Of a stretch of 64,000 nucleotides of DNA, positions 25,411 to 37,849 are shown in pieces. The stretch lies in assembly GCA_964247055.1 (NCBI GenBank), contig OZ176054.1, positions 7,378,001 through 7,442,000 of the forward strand, in the 5' to 3' direction. Source of the stretch: Paragordius varius. Taxonomy: Eukaryota; Animalia; Nematomorpha. Under the pieces are notes generated by a model, which worked only from the letters and a program-made list of their open reading frames with translations, did not search any database and was not told the origin of the DNA. The position numbers and the translations under genes are program-made. Every line of letters starts with the position of its first letter. The stretch's first letter is position 1.

Positions 25411-28400
25411 TCAAACACGGGTTTCCCAATAAAAGAACCCTATATCGAACAATGTTTGAAAGAAAATAGTTGTAAAACGAAAATAAAAGGATGGATTATG
25501 TTAAATTTTTTCATTAATTATCTTATATTAATAAAAAATATATATTTAATCTTGAGACTTACGATATGTTTCTATCAATAAACAATCAGTCCCCTCAACT
25601 TCATAATCACATGTATGACCCTTGCACTCCACCAAATCCAATCCTGGTAAGCCTGAATCACAAGACGGTTTATCGTTTGTTGATGGTGTCAATGAAAAAC
25701 TCTCAGATTCCCCATTAAATATATCGTTTTTCGGAACAATTTGTTCTATATTTAATATGAAAAAACTTGTAGTGAATAATTTGATAAAGTTTATAAAACT
25801 ATAATGTTACCGCATGAATCAGGCAAAATTATTTCTTTCTCGGTTAAATTTTCGCTCTCTACCGCATTTATTTCTGGCAAATTAGGATTTGGATTAGAAC
25901 GTATACCAATAGGGGAAGTTGGATTAAAATTAAAGTACTGATTTTCATCATTGAAAGCGACTCTTTTAGGGGCAATCGGTTCTAATAATAGATTATTTGA
26001 ATAATATGATGTTGATATTTACAAATTTAATTGGTATAATTTACGAACAAACTCAATTAATATATCTTAGCGTGTTGTTTTATAGTTTTTAACATCTACA
26101 AAATAGCAATTATTTTAATTAAAAATTAATAAAATACCATCTCTGGATCCGTTTTTGCCCTTGAGATTGGATTTCTTTGGAATCAAGTCCTCAGGCTTAC
26201 CAGGCGGATTCACAACTAAAATGCATATTAAAATTAGAATTATAGTTAGACAAATAACATTAATTAAATTAGTTTAAAAATTGTCCAGTTATATTAATTT
26301 TTGTGTCTAATTTAAAGTACCAGAATATTTAAAAGAATACAATGTATTGAAGTAATAATTTTTATACAATACTAGCGTGAATCTCGTGCTGCTACGGAGC
26401 CCGAGGAAGTCCTTCGGACTTCTGGGGGGGGGGGGGGGGGTTCGAGGTTTGGATTTGAATGGGTCTACCGTTTTTCCTGTAGATCACAAAGCCAGCATTT
26501 TCCATTTTTATAAATATATAGATTACCATAAATAATGTTTTAATATCCATATATCTTTTAACATGCTATACATATGATAGATACTCCTTACTCAGCATCT
26601 ATCATCAAAGAAACGCTTGACTAAAATTTTTGCCTTTTAATCGGGAATACGTGGAATCTTTATTGAATTTTTAAGGTCTCATACCTAGGACGAAAAATCG
26701 ATTTAAAAAATTATTTTTGTGGACTTTGTTTTTTGAAAAAAATGGCATTTTACGGGGGGAGCGGGTAAAAAGAGGGCCTAAATCAAAAAAGTGACTCGAC
26801 TATGTTCGGCGCAATCGAAAATAAGTAAACAAAAATCATATTTGAAATTGAATGGTCCAACACGTTCTCCGGAAAATTGTCTCAAAAACACGATTTTGTG
26901 GACTTCTGTTTACAAAAAAAACCCGTTTTTCATACGGGGTGGGTCCGAACTGGGGGCCTATTTCAAAAAAAGGGCGAAGCTATTGTCGGGACATTTATTA
27001 ATGATTATATTTTTTCGATATTTGGATTTGATTGGGTCTACCGGTTTTCCTGTACCAGATCACAAAGCCCATTTTCCATTTTTATAAATATATAGATTAA
27101 AATGCATATTAATTTGATTGCAATATAACCGAAAATTTAAACACATAATTAACCATCTCAAATTATATTATGTTGCTAAAATTCTCTTGTTTTAATATAA
27201 ATGTTTAGCAAATCACATCGTTTTTCATATTTTTTGCCATTTTTGCGTAACATAAGGAAAAGCTTTCAATTATAACATAACAATTTGCCTTTTATTAACG
27301 TGTTTTACAAAATTTTGAAATATTTTAATGGTTTTTTAAGCGAGTATTCTTTATTAAAAAAATTTCTGATTAACTAAATAAAATTGAATTTATCACGTAT
27401 GTTTACCAAAAACGATTAATTACTAACCAATTCAGCACTAATTATTTGTATATATTTTTAAGTAAGAAAAACAAAAGTCTAGTTTATTTTAAAACAAAAT
27501 ATACCATCTACGCTTCAAATTCACCCTTTAACAATTAAAATTCACCCTTGAACAATACAAATTCACGCTTAAACGAAAAATTCAAATTCACCCTTAAACA
27601 AACAATTCAAATCCACCCTAAAATAAATCATGTGTTTTTTAAGATTAAAATTCACCTCTTTTTTATATTAAAAAATGAAATTTCGTTCAATAATACTGAA
27701 AAAAGCTATGCCATAAATATATTTTTAGGGTGCATTTGGATTGTTCGAGGGTGAATTCGAATTGTTCAAGGGTGAATTTGATTCATAAATGTATTGTCAC
27801 TAAAATGTTAATAGTTTACCCTTTAAAGCGTCTTGCTTTTTCACCATTCCAAAACAAGAACATACCCGATTCCACCACTTCTTGGAATCTAAAAAAACGC
27901 AAACATTTTTCAAACTTACAGAAAAGGTCCACATTATTTAAAGTAACTTACATAGTTTGATAATAAAAATATACCAAAATTAAATTTATTCTAAATATGA
28001 AAAGTTTATTAAAATTTGTTTCCAATCGTCATACAATAATATGGTAAAACCTAGTAAAATAATTCTGAATTTAAATGTTTAGTTTTTGGCTCTACTGATT
28101 TTATAATGTGAGTACAATATCTATATCTGCAGACACATTGTCAAACGGTTTCCTTTTTATTCAACAATACGATTCCAACGTCCCCTAAAATATACTTCTG
28201 AACTATAAATTATTTATAAAATTTAAAAATTTAAACATATAAACCTTGTCTAATGACCTTTCTTTCATTATTTTTATTCTTTTTAATACAATTGACGGCA
28301 AAAATGTTTTTCATTAGATGGAGATACAAATGTTAATTACAAGATAAAATATTTAAATTTGATTGTTGCATTCTATAATGTTAACCATTTAAACTATTAA

Positions 28401-28950
28401 AAATTACTGTAGCAAACATATATATATATATATATATATTAGGGTTTAATAAGTAAAAAACTTTTTTAAAATAAATTCTTTTCCATAGGGTTATTGGGCA
28501 ATTCTACAATCATAGTTTTAGTTTTTTACGCATAAAATAATTATCTATACACAAAAGGAAAATGAATTAAAAACACTATATATGGTTAAAAATATTATAA
28601 AAGAGACAAATTAATCTGATTTATATTTTGTCAATTTTTATTTTGTTGGTAATTTGATTTAAATTTTGCAATACAACTCTTTTCATTTTTAAAAGTTTTG
28701 ATATTAGCTTTTAAAAACTATACAATGACAACATATAAGCTTGCTTCTCAAATTGATCTAGTATTAAGATCAAAACTGTACAACAATTTAAGTAACCAAA
28801 TATATATATAAATACATATTTTTCAATTAAAAATAGAAACAGCTTTTCTATGGTTTTTTTTAAATATTAAAAAGTATGTTATAAATGTAAATAACCTTTT
28901 CCCATCGCGTTCCTTTCGCCATTTCGCTTCTTTCTAATCCAGAAAGTCAT
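25411..28950 (-). CDS. Uncharacterised 194-aa protein with RVxF-type PP1-docking motif, paralog A
   Basis: Exons 28950-28896, 27888-27820, 26215-26138, 25981-25811, 25745-25563 and 25439-25411; all GT-AG, all phase 1; 585 nt open. MTFWIRKK...KKSNLK...KRVAFNDENQYF...YWETRV*. Confidence 0.78.
26372..27096 (-). mobile_element. Non-autonomous Helitron-like element with a duplicated 5' end
   Basis: The minus strand begins A|TC(tatatatttataaaatgg) at 27096 and ends with an imperfect hairpin (cgtagcagcacg) plus CTAG|T at 26372. A second copy of the ~70-bp 5' terminus ends at 26522. Absent from copy B. Confidence 0.65.
27500..27795. mobile_element. MITE family 2 copy (intronic)
   Basis: tataccat start; ~20-bp repeats ttgaacaattcaaattcaccc on the left and their reverse complement on the right. 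Confidence 0.75.
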
Positions 28951-29469
28951 AATAAAAGTTTTTTATGAAAAAAATTTAGTGATGTTTGAAAGAATTTAGA
29001 TTTTTAATTATAAGGAAGGTTTATAAAATGATTGTTGGCTTAATCATATTAAATAAAGAAAATAATTAAATAATTTATTATAGATGGAAATGGGCTATAT
29101 ATATTTGAAACAAAATGGTTTTTATTATTATTAGTTTAACTGTTTTTTACTAAACAATAATTTTCTGCCATTCAGGTTTTAGCAGAAGTTGGAATCGAAT
29201 TTGGTTAAAGATCCAATCCGTTTTTCTAAAAGGGTTTGGTTAAATAGTTTCGGCAGGAAATTTTTTGAATGCCACCGTTCCATTTTTTCAGTCAAATGGT
29301 GCAAATTTCGTTTGCATTTGAAAAAAGTTTATTGGTTTCTGTTACAATTAACACTTCGATTCAAATTGGAGTATCTAAATACTTCATACTATATTTAAGT
29401 AAAATTTTTAAAAAACTATTGAAATAAACGGTCCCAATTTAAATTTATGCTCCTATCCTAATCTATATG

Positions 29470-29915
29470 AATAGGTCGAAATATTTAAATAAAATTTGGT
29501 TTTGAAAAAAAAAAGCTGCATATCAAACTACTTCGACGCCATTTTTATTTTACAACATTTTTCTAAAATATCGTGTTTATTTAGTTTTAAAGCTAATAGA
29601 AAAGCTAATGTTTCATTTAAATCTCATCTAACATTTATAATAACAGAAAAAGTGGTTTATTTTGTATTATTTCCAAATTTAGCTAATGCACACATGTCAT
29701 GTTGACTAAATTTTACCTTTCGGTTTTAGCTTAAAATAAGTAATATTAAGTGTTTTTGAATAAAAAAATTTATATATTTCGGTTTATTAATATTGTCTAA
29801 GTGCAATATTTGCCATGGTTTTGATTCCTTCCATATTTTTAAAAGAATTTAATTTTAAACAGGCCTAGGGTATTTAACTACCCCATTTTGAATTGAAGGA
29901 CTAAGATGAATGTGT
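29470..29915 (+). repeat. Dispersed repeat, homologous to 61125-61740
   Basis: Shared blocks aaataaaatttggttttgaaaaa, tacttcgacgccattt, tgtcatgttgact and ttttaaacaggcct, in the same order. Confidence 0.75.
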
Positions 29916-29922
29916 TGTATCT

Positions 29923-30550
29923 AGGGTTGTGCATTTGACTGCTTTTTCAAAAAAGTCCGGTCAGACCATGGTCATGACCACGGTCATGGTCACTTTTTTT
30001 AAGTACATATCACGCGATATTGGATTGTGAAAATAAACTTTAAACGACTTGAGTTTATGTTTTTCTTAAAATTTGTATTATACATTTTTTTGATATTTAT
30101 TATTTAAAAATATTTATATTTAAATTTAATCAAAAATTTTGTTTCCAAATAAATTCACATGTTTGTGACCTTCTGTTCAAATACATAGCTTTAAATACTG
30201 GATATTACAAATATTTACCTAATTTGTTTTACACTTTCTTTCATCATTGAAATATCCAATTATAAAATGTTTACTCATTTTATTGGTTCACAATCACATA
30301 TATGGAATAAGTGCATATTTTGCAAAGTGCCTTATTGTTTTGTGAAATAACTGGATATGCATAAATGCTAATGTTATAAGGATGCATATTCAACAATTTT
30401 ATATTGTTAAATAATCATATTAAAATATTTTAATATTTTTTAGAATATTAAAAAACAATAAAATCTTACTATCTCTCTTCCAAATAATGTATCAGCATTT
30501 TTCAAAAAACAGCCGTTTTTTTAAAATGACCATGGTCAGCACAACTCTCG
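29923..30550. mobile_element. MITE-like insertion specific to copy A
   Basis: Inverted ends agggttgtgc..tgac / gtca gcacaactct with subterminal gaccatggtca repeats. Not in copy B. Confidence 0.5.
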
Positions 30551-30669
30551 TTGTATCCAGTGTAATAAAATCTCGCAAAAAACCATGAGAAAAAAAATAA
30601 TTTAAAATTAAAATTAGAAAATTTTGAAAAATTAAAATTTTGGGAAGTATATTATTTGTATCCAAAATT

Positions 30670-31790
30670 ACAATAAAGATGATGGCTCCGGTTCTAATCC
30701 CCGATTTTAATTTTCTAATATCAATGTAACATCTACAAATCAGGTAAATGATACCTATACAAGGAAATTAGTTTGGTTCCCCATGCCAGAAAGTCAACTA
30801 ATAACCCTATACATGCGGTTAAAAGGTTGATTGAAAAACACAGTGAAAGAGGAAGAGCTATACGTGGTTTTAATTGACAGAAAATGCGCTTGACATAATT
30901 CCAAGAGAAATATGGTGTAGCTTCCGTCGTAAAAATATGCCCAAATGTTATATAAAATTGTAACAAATAATGTATGAATCCCCCTCTTAAAACTCCCCAA
31001 TTATCAGATTGCTTTGCAAAGCATGACGTCTACCAAGCTCATCGCTTAGTCCGTTGTTGTTTATAATATGTATGGATTAGGTACCAAAGTTGTTTCAGGT
31101 TGTTATTTCATGTATGCGGATGACATAATCATTATGTCTGAGAGCTGAGTTAGAGAATGGGTCAAACTGAATGAACACGGTCTAAAAGTCAAAATATCAA
31201 ATATTGAATTTATTAGCTCTAGTAATCAGCAACATGAATTGTGATGCGGATTGGGTTTTGAAGGGTAAACAAAGGTGCAAATATTTAGGGACAATTTAAA
31301 ATTTAGATGGCTCAGAATGATATTAATTTAAATTAAGAAAAGTTGGGTAAATTGGAAGAAAATTTCGAGCGTTAGAGTGAAAAGTAAGATATACAGTTCA
31401 GTTTAAACCCACAATGATGCAAAAAATCCGAAGAAAGACATTTTAACGTTACTTAAATGAAAATGATTAGAATGATGTGTGGGGTAACAAGAAAGGACAT
31501 TTAGGAATATATCTAATCGTGTGAGCGCGGATGTTAAACCGATATCGGAAGGAAAGACAAAAGAGTTACGTTGGTTTGGGCTCATTGAAAGGAGAAACTT
31601 TCATTATATTGCAAAAAAAATTAGAGAGTCATAAAGTTGAAACGAGGACATGGGACCCTTAAAACGAGATGAATGGTTGGACACAATAAAGCAAGCAAAA
31701 TACAAGTAAAATCAGAAGACGCAATAGATAGAGTTCTATGGCGAGACAGACTTCTTACATGGCAGCTCCCACGAGTGAAAACATGTAAAG
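30670..31790 (+). mobile_element. Decayed RTE-clade non-LTR retrotransposon (RT and 3' region), copy A
   Basis: Frameshifted RT motifs (HAVKRLIEKH..VVLID), YADD at 31113-31124, and the RTE-like tail RWFGLIERR..W(L)DTIK..DAIDRVLWR. Confidence 0.85.
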
Positions 31791-32869
31791 TGATAATAAT
31801 AAATGTAACATTATATCAGATAAAAGTTAAGAAATATTCAATATTTCCTCTGTTAACATAATTTAAAAAAGAAAAATTTTTCTTCGAGAAAAATATTTGA
31901 CGTTATTATGTTCGTAAAATTTAGGATTTTTTGTTCGTGATTGATTTTGACGTTCAATAGGCCTAAAAAGGTTGCTAAAAATTATATGGATACCACCTAT
32001 AAGGTAATGTTCCTGTCAAAGTATCAAAAATCTTTATAATTTTTCTAATGATTTAACAAATTTGGCATTTTTCCAAGAATACAATCCGGTTTTTGGCTGG
32101 AAGATTGATTTCGGTTTAACTTTCCTGGATTTTAGTTTTGAAAAATATATTGTGTCTTTATGCGCATTGAATCCATATTCTAAAGGCTAATGGTCCTCTA
32201 GAGGAAATTTGGGACTATTAGACAAAGATACCTGTATTTATGGGGGTCTTTATTTTAATTATATTTTACAAGCAATTAAAATTAATTTTTGGGCACTTAA
32301 ACATGTATTAATTTATAAAAACTCATTTTTTTATATTTGTTATTATATACCGATGTTATTTTTTTAATGTAATGTTAGATTTACGTTAATCATACCCATT
32401 TAATATTGTACTTTTAATTGTAGTTTTGATGATTTAAGGCAGGTGCATTCGGGCCAAAAATATAAATTTATTTATTATTCATACGGAGGTTTACATGTTA
32501 ATAAATAGTTTTTCAATAAACTAATGGCTCACAGAAACTAATACCTGGGTACTGTTTGACCATTTTAGTATCATAAATAATTTTATATAAAAATATAACT
32601 TATCAATCAAAATGCATCCTAAGAACACAGTTTGTGGCCACGGTTGACAAAAGAGGGCCCTTTTTGACTTCTAAAACATCAAACTTTATGATGTGTCAGA
32701 GACAGCGGAGTTTTTAATAGATAAAAATAAAACAGTATGGATATATTACATCTATACAATATGTATTGTGCCAAAAGAAATCTAGATACATCCAATTATT
32801 TTCTACGGTATTTTGTCATTGAATATCCTTCCTTATTACATCATCTAATATGATCAGATAATCAAAACT

Positions 32870-34792
32870 CTTTCCCATGTCCCTTGATTTCTATTAAATA
32901 CCCAGACGTCAGTAAAACCCAAAGTTCTTTCACTCTATAAGGTATATATTTTGAGAAGATTTTTTAAGCTTCTGAAAAAAATTTATCTAGTCAATTATTG
33001 AAATATTGAGTAGATATTTGAAGGCGTTGTAAAACGGTTGTTGGAATTTTAACTTACCCAAGATTTTTATCGCTCTTCTGCACACATTACGGGCTCCTAC
33101 CCTACCATGCAGTCTGAAAAATCAGATCCAAATCCTAACATAAAACATTCAACGAAAGCACATACAAACTTTGAAACGGGCGATAGCGAAACCACTGAAA
33201 ATGCTCAAAACTTTTTATCCCTCCCTAGTGGTTCAAAATGTGCTCAATCCCTACAACAGCTAGTTTGTAAGGCCGAAACTTTCTTGGATGCAAAAGAACG
33301 AATTTATGCTAAACGTCTAGCATATTCAAGGTATGGACTTACTGGACTACGTGCCCCTAAACAATGTAAGGATGCAAAAACCAAACACCAAAGTAGCGTG
33401 CACGAACGATATATAATTCTCACGGTGACAACAATCGAGCCTTGTCATTTATATCACGCGAGTTTAATCCTTGTGACATTTATCAATGTACACATATTTT
33501 TTTGAGTTCATTTTATAGCTAGCAGTAATGATTAAACAATGGTATCTCCTAGAATTTATGTAAGGCGCGCTAAAAATAAAATATCAAATTTTATAATTAA
33601 ATAATTTTATTAATAAAATATAGGCTAAATTGATATTTTTTGAACAAATTGAATATTTTTTGCAAATTTTGGCAAGAAGCTAAAAATGGTAAAGATAATA
33701 TTGGATTTAGCTTTATATGTTTGAAATCAAAAAATATTTAATGGCAATATATTTTTAGAATGCAGCCCGCTGAATTTTTTGAATCAAAAAGTCGGTCCGA
33801 GAAGCTGTTTGTAGACAATTAAACTAAAAGTTTAGTGAAATATTGTTATGTGCTTAACTTGGTTTTTTTAAATCTTTTGGTAAACTTTACTTATAAATTC
33901 CTTTTTACTCGAAACCTTTCTGTATATTTATGTTAAAAATGTAGCTCACGATTACGCCCAGGTGTTTGGAAATATTAAAAATATTTATGATATGAATGAA
34001 TCGAAAAATGCAAATTTAATTGAGCACAAAAGTATGGTTACGGGTCAACAGGATGGAATTCACGAAAAGGAATCATCATTGTCCAAAATGTCTGGATTAC
34101 TTTTTCGGTTTTTCTATAATATTTTGTATAAATTATGTATAGTGGGGTCGTAAACTCAAATACTATTTTTATTGACAAAGCGTTTGAAATATATTTGTGT
34201 GTAAAGTTTACTAACTAAAAAGGTTTATATATATCAAACCTTCAATAAACATCGATACAAACTATTGATTGCGTCCTTACATATAATATATTTTTTAACT
34301 TTAAATTCTTAAAATTGCATAATTGAGTCCAGATTTAAGATTCACTTTTTCCACAACATTTTTCAACAACATTTTTACGGTATGTATAATAGGTTTGGTA
34401 AAAAGGCAGTTCCACCACCATCTCCTATTAGTAAGGATATGAATTACAAAAATTTACAAGATTTAACTGCCCTGACACAGGCAAATGACCAAAATTTAAC
34501 ACTGTCAAACATTCACACCCCTTTTTCTATGCCACAATCAAGCGTCTCTCAAACCAAAATTGAGATTGAAGAAAAAAATACTCATGCATTTCTATCATTT
34601 CCGGCTAAAAATGCGGCTTATGCCACCATTGTCCTTAGCGAATGGTGTAAGGAATTGTCAACTTTGGCTTCGGAAATGTCGATAGCACTTTTGATAATTT
34701 TACAGAGTACTGCCACAGCGAATATCATCCCTTTTCCCCTCAACAACAGATTGGAAAGGGTTTCTCTTAAGGACGATGGCAAATCGCTGTAA
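32870..34792 (+). pseudogene. 5'-truncated FHIP1 duplicate (3' exons only)
   Basis: Starts in the middle of the exon that spans 16846-17024 in the intact gene. Small deletion in that exon, a frameshifting deletion near 33390, and loss of ~1.1 kb of intron. The last exon (to 34792) is still open and nearly identical to 19746-20145. Confidence 0.88.
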
Positions 34793-36446
34793 AAATTATT
34801 TCAATTTTACGAAGAAGGACAATGTCACATATGCTTTTTTATTACATGGTAATTAAAAGATTATACTGCTTTTGAATATTATTTTGTATTAAAATTTTAA
34901 TTTTTATTTCTGTTTGTTTTTGTTAACTTTACCATTATATTACGGAAATTTAAGAGTCACACGAAATTTAATTAAAGATGGTTTTAAATTTATTTTTGGA
35001 AAATAGTTAATATTTTTAAACGGATCATTATTTTTTTTATATAATGTTTTAATTTTAGTTTAATAAATTAAGCCATAACGATAAAATTTAGGAAATTCCA
35101 TATAATATCGCCGAAATATTAAAAAAATATTGGACGTATGACAAAAAAATAAATTTATTATTTTTAAATATTTTTCGTAAAATTAAGAAAACCCCATTTT
35201 ATCTGCAATAATTTCAGATTTATGAAGATATGAAGATCATGTGTTTGAAGCGTTTAATTTGACCCAGGACTAATATTTTACCAAAAGAGATTGGATAAAA
35301 AATTCGGAAAAAAATTTCTACATCAAGAAAAATGGTTGAATAATGTTGGTTTATGTTATGTTTTTTTTATTTTTTAAAGACGTATATAATCTTCTTGCAC
35401 CTTGCCATATCAACTTATGCAATCACAATTTATTTATATTAATAATTATTTATTATAATTATTATTGATATTTATTCCAAGCAATAATTAGTAAGCATAT
35501 ATTTCTGATTATATGGCATTTGACAAAATTTTACTCGCTGTACTGTATAATGTGTATTGTACAAGACAAAATAAATTTATATTTTATTCACAACATATTT
35601 AATTAATTACAACTAATTTTATCAAGTTTTAATATACATTGGTCGTTTTTTATAATGGCTGCTGTGATTAAGCCCACTATGATTTAACTTGAGTTTTTTG
35701 AATTTTTGAATATTAAAATAAAAAAATTTGCAAACGTATTATGGATGATTATGGTGCACTGTGAGCAAACAAAATATTTATTGTCATTGATTAAAAAGAT
35801 AAGTTATAATATATTCACTGAGAGTATCTTTCAAAGCGTGAATTTTATATTCAAACATATGGAATAGGTATAGTGACGACAGTTGAAATTTTTACAGATT
35901 TTACGCATTCTTCACTAACTATCAGTGAGCCTTATTTTTATGATTAGCGATTTAACTATATTTCTACACAGATAAGATTTCGGGGATGACCCATATTTTT
36001 GTAGCCATCTTTATAGGGTGGAGCTAAACAGAGAGTTTATTTAAAAAGTAGGGAGAACGGAAAAATCCCCCAAAGACACGATTTTGGGGACTTAAATTTT
36101 TTACGAGCGAGAAACTTAGTGGTTAATCAAAAGTTCGATTAACTTCGGCGCACACATACACAAGTATGCATAGCCAAATAAAATGGACATACGCATTTTC
36201 GCAAAATTGCTTGAAAAAGATGATTTTACTCTTTTAACTACTCTTCGAAGGAAAGGGGATAAATTTTTGTTTTCATATCAACCCAATTATGGCCCTTAAG
36301 TTGGGAACTATATATTGTACTTATATGAACATTGATTTTGCCCGATAAAGGAAGCAAAAAATTTATATTATAACTTTAGCCAAAAATCTTGTTTTCATTT
36401 ATTTAATTTGAAAAGCAATATTAATTTATTTTTTTAAAAACTCTAG

Positions 36447-36482
<36 letters not shown>

Positions 36483-37849
36483 GGACCCATAATATTTTGG
36501 TCAGTCTCAGTGGTTTATTATTAAATTTTGGAGCATGCCTGATATTTATAGTTCGGTTACTAGTTAGAATTCTCGTAAAGAAATTTAACACTAGATATTC
36601 GTATATAACATCACTACTTTGTTTATTTAATCAATATCATACTTAAGATTTACCATGACCGAAAACGAATAAATAAGAGTTGGATCTGAAAGTTTTTATG
36701 GACTTTGATTTTTTGCAAAAATGAAGGCTTTTTTCATATTTTTTATGCCAAGATTTATGTTCATAAAAACGCGATTTTCGCGTTAAGATCTTATTAGTTA
36801 CCTGTGACATGAATTTTAAATTGTATCCCTGACTATGATCGTGCATTCATAAAAAAATGTAAATACCGTATTAAATATTAGGGCTATAAGAATCTCAAAA
36901 AATACTTAGTAATCACGATTTTTTGGGATGGGTGTATTCCAGAGCAAATTCCAAGCGCATTATGATATTTATCTTATGAAAAATAAGGCTCAACGAGTCT
37001 AAATCAAAATATATGTCGACTATTTTGACGCTTTCATGAATGAAAAATAATTCAAAAACATCATATTAAAAGGATTGAATTTAAAAATATCCTTTAAAAG
37101 TCTTGTCTGCCCATTCATTGAACATTGTAAAGTAGACATTAGATTGGAGAAAATTAGCCAGATAAAGATTAGCTTTAAAACTTACACTTTAATATCCAAA
37201 ATTATTGGAGAAGGAGAAAATAAATAATCAATGGTATAATCTAATAATAAAATTTAATCTTTCTGAGCAATAATATTGATGAATTTTTTTATATTTTATA
37301 TCTGTCTAAATCAAAAATTTCCAACACAAATATCTTAGGCAGCATTTCGACTCAAATAATCCGACGCGCATTTGATCAAGATGATTAATAATAAATATTT
37401 TTTAGAATTCAAACATAAATAACTGTTAAAAATAATGCAAAAAATATAATTACTATTTTTTTTACAAATTAAGTATCAATTTTACAGCATATTTTTGCAA
37501 AATTTGGTATTTATTTGGTTAAATTTTCCAAAATTTTTGCTGGCCGCATACAATGTGTCGCATGGTCGCATGTAACCCGCATGTTGGTCACCCTGGTCTA
37601 AATATTGGAATGAAACAACTATAAAACTAAATACGATTAGGTAGCTACCTTCATTTTAAAAATTGCAACTAATAGAAGTTCCATTTTTTAGACAAAAACC
37701 CAAACTCATTCTGCCTGAAAATAAATCATAATCTTTATATAAAATAAATTTATTTTATAAAAACATAAAATTCATACAATGTATATAATATAAAAATCAT
37801 TAACATACATAACTTTAGAAATCATTATAATATAATTACAAATAATGAT

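Larger units (their letters stand above)
16945..32869 (+). repeat. Segmental tandem duplication, copy A (about 15.9 kb)
   Basis: Colinear similarity to 32870-45812 from ctttcccatgtcccttg (16945 vs 32870) through to the block just upstream of the 45872 gene. Confidence 0.95.

Noticed and set aside
23857-25429. Many His/Ile/Leu/Tyr-rich minus-strand ORFs, also at 37995-40042
   Set aside because: Expected from a nearly G-free strand that lacks TAG/TGA stops. Frames are not preserved between copies A and B.
26424-26440. G17 run as a possible G-quadruplex element
   Set aside because: It is a simple homopolymer inside a Helitron-like element and absent from the paralog; no evidence of function.
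29189-29398. 69-aa plus-strand ORF
   Set aside because: Copy B has an in-frame TGA in the same frame. The block is more likely the upstream or UTR region of the minus-strand gene.
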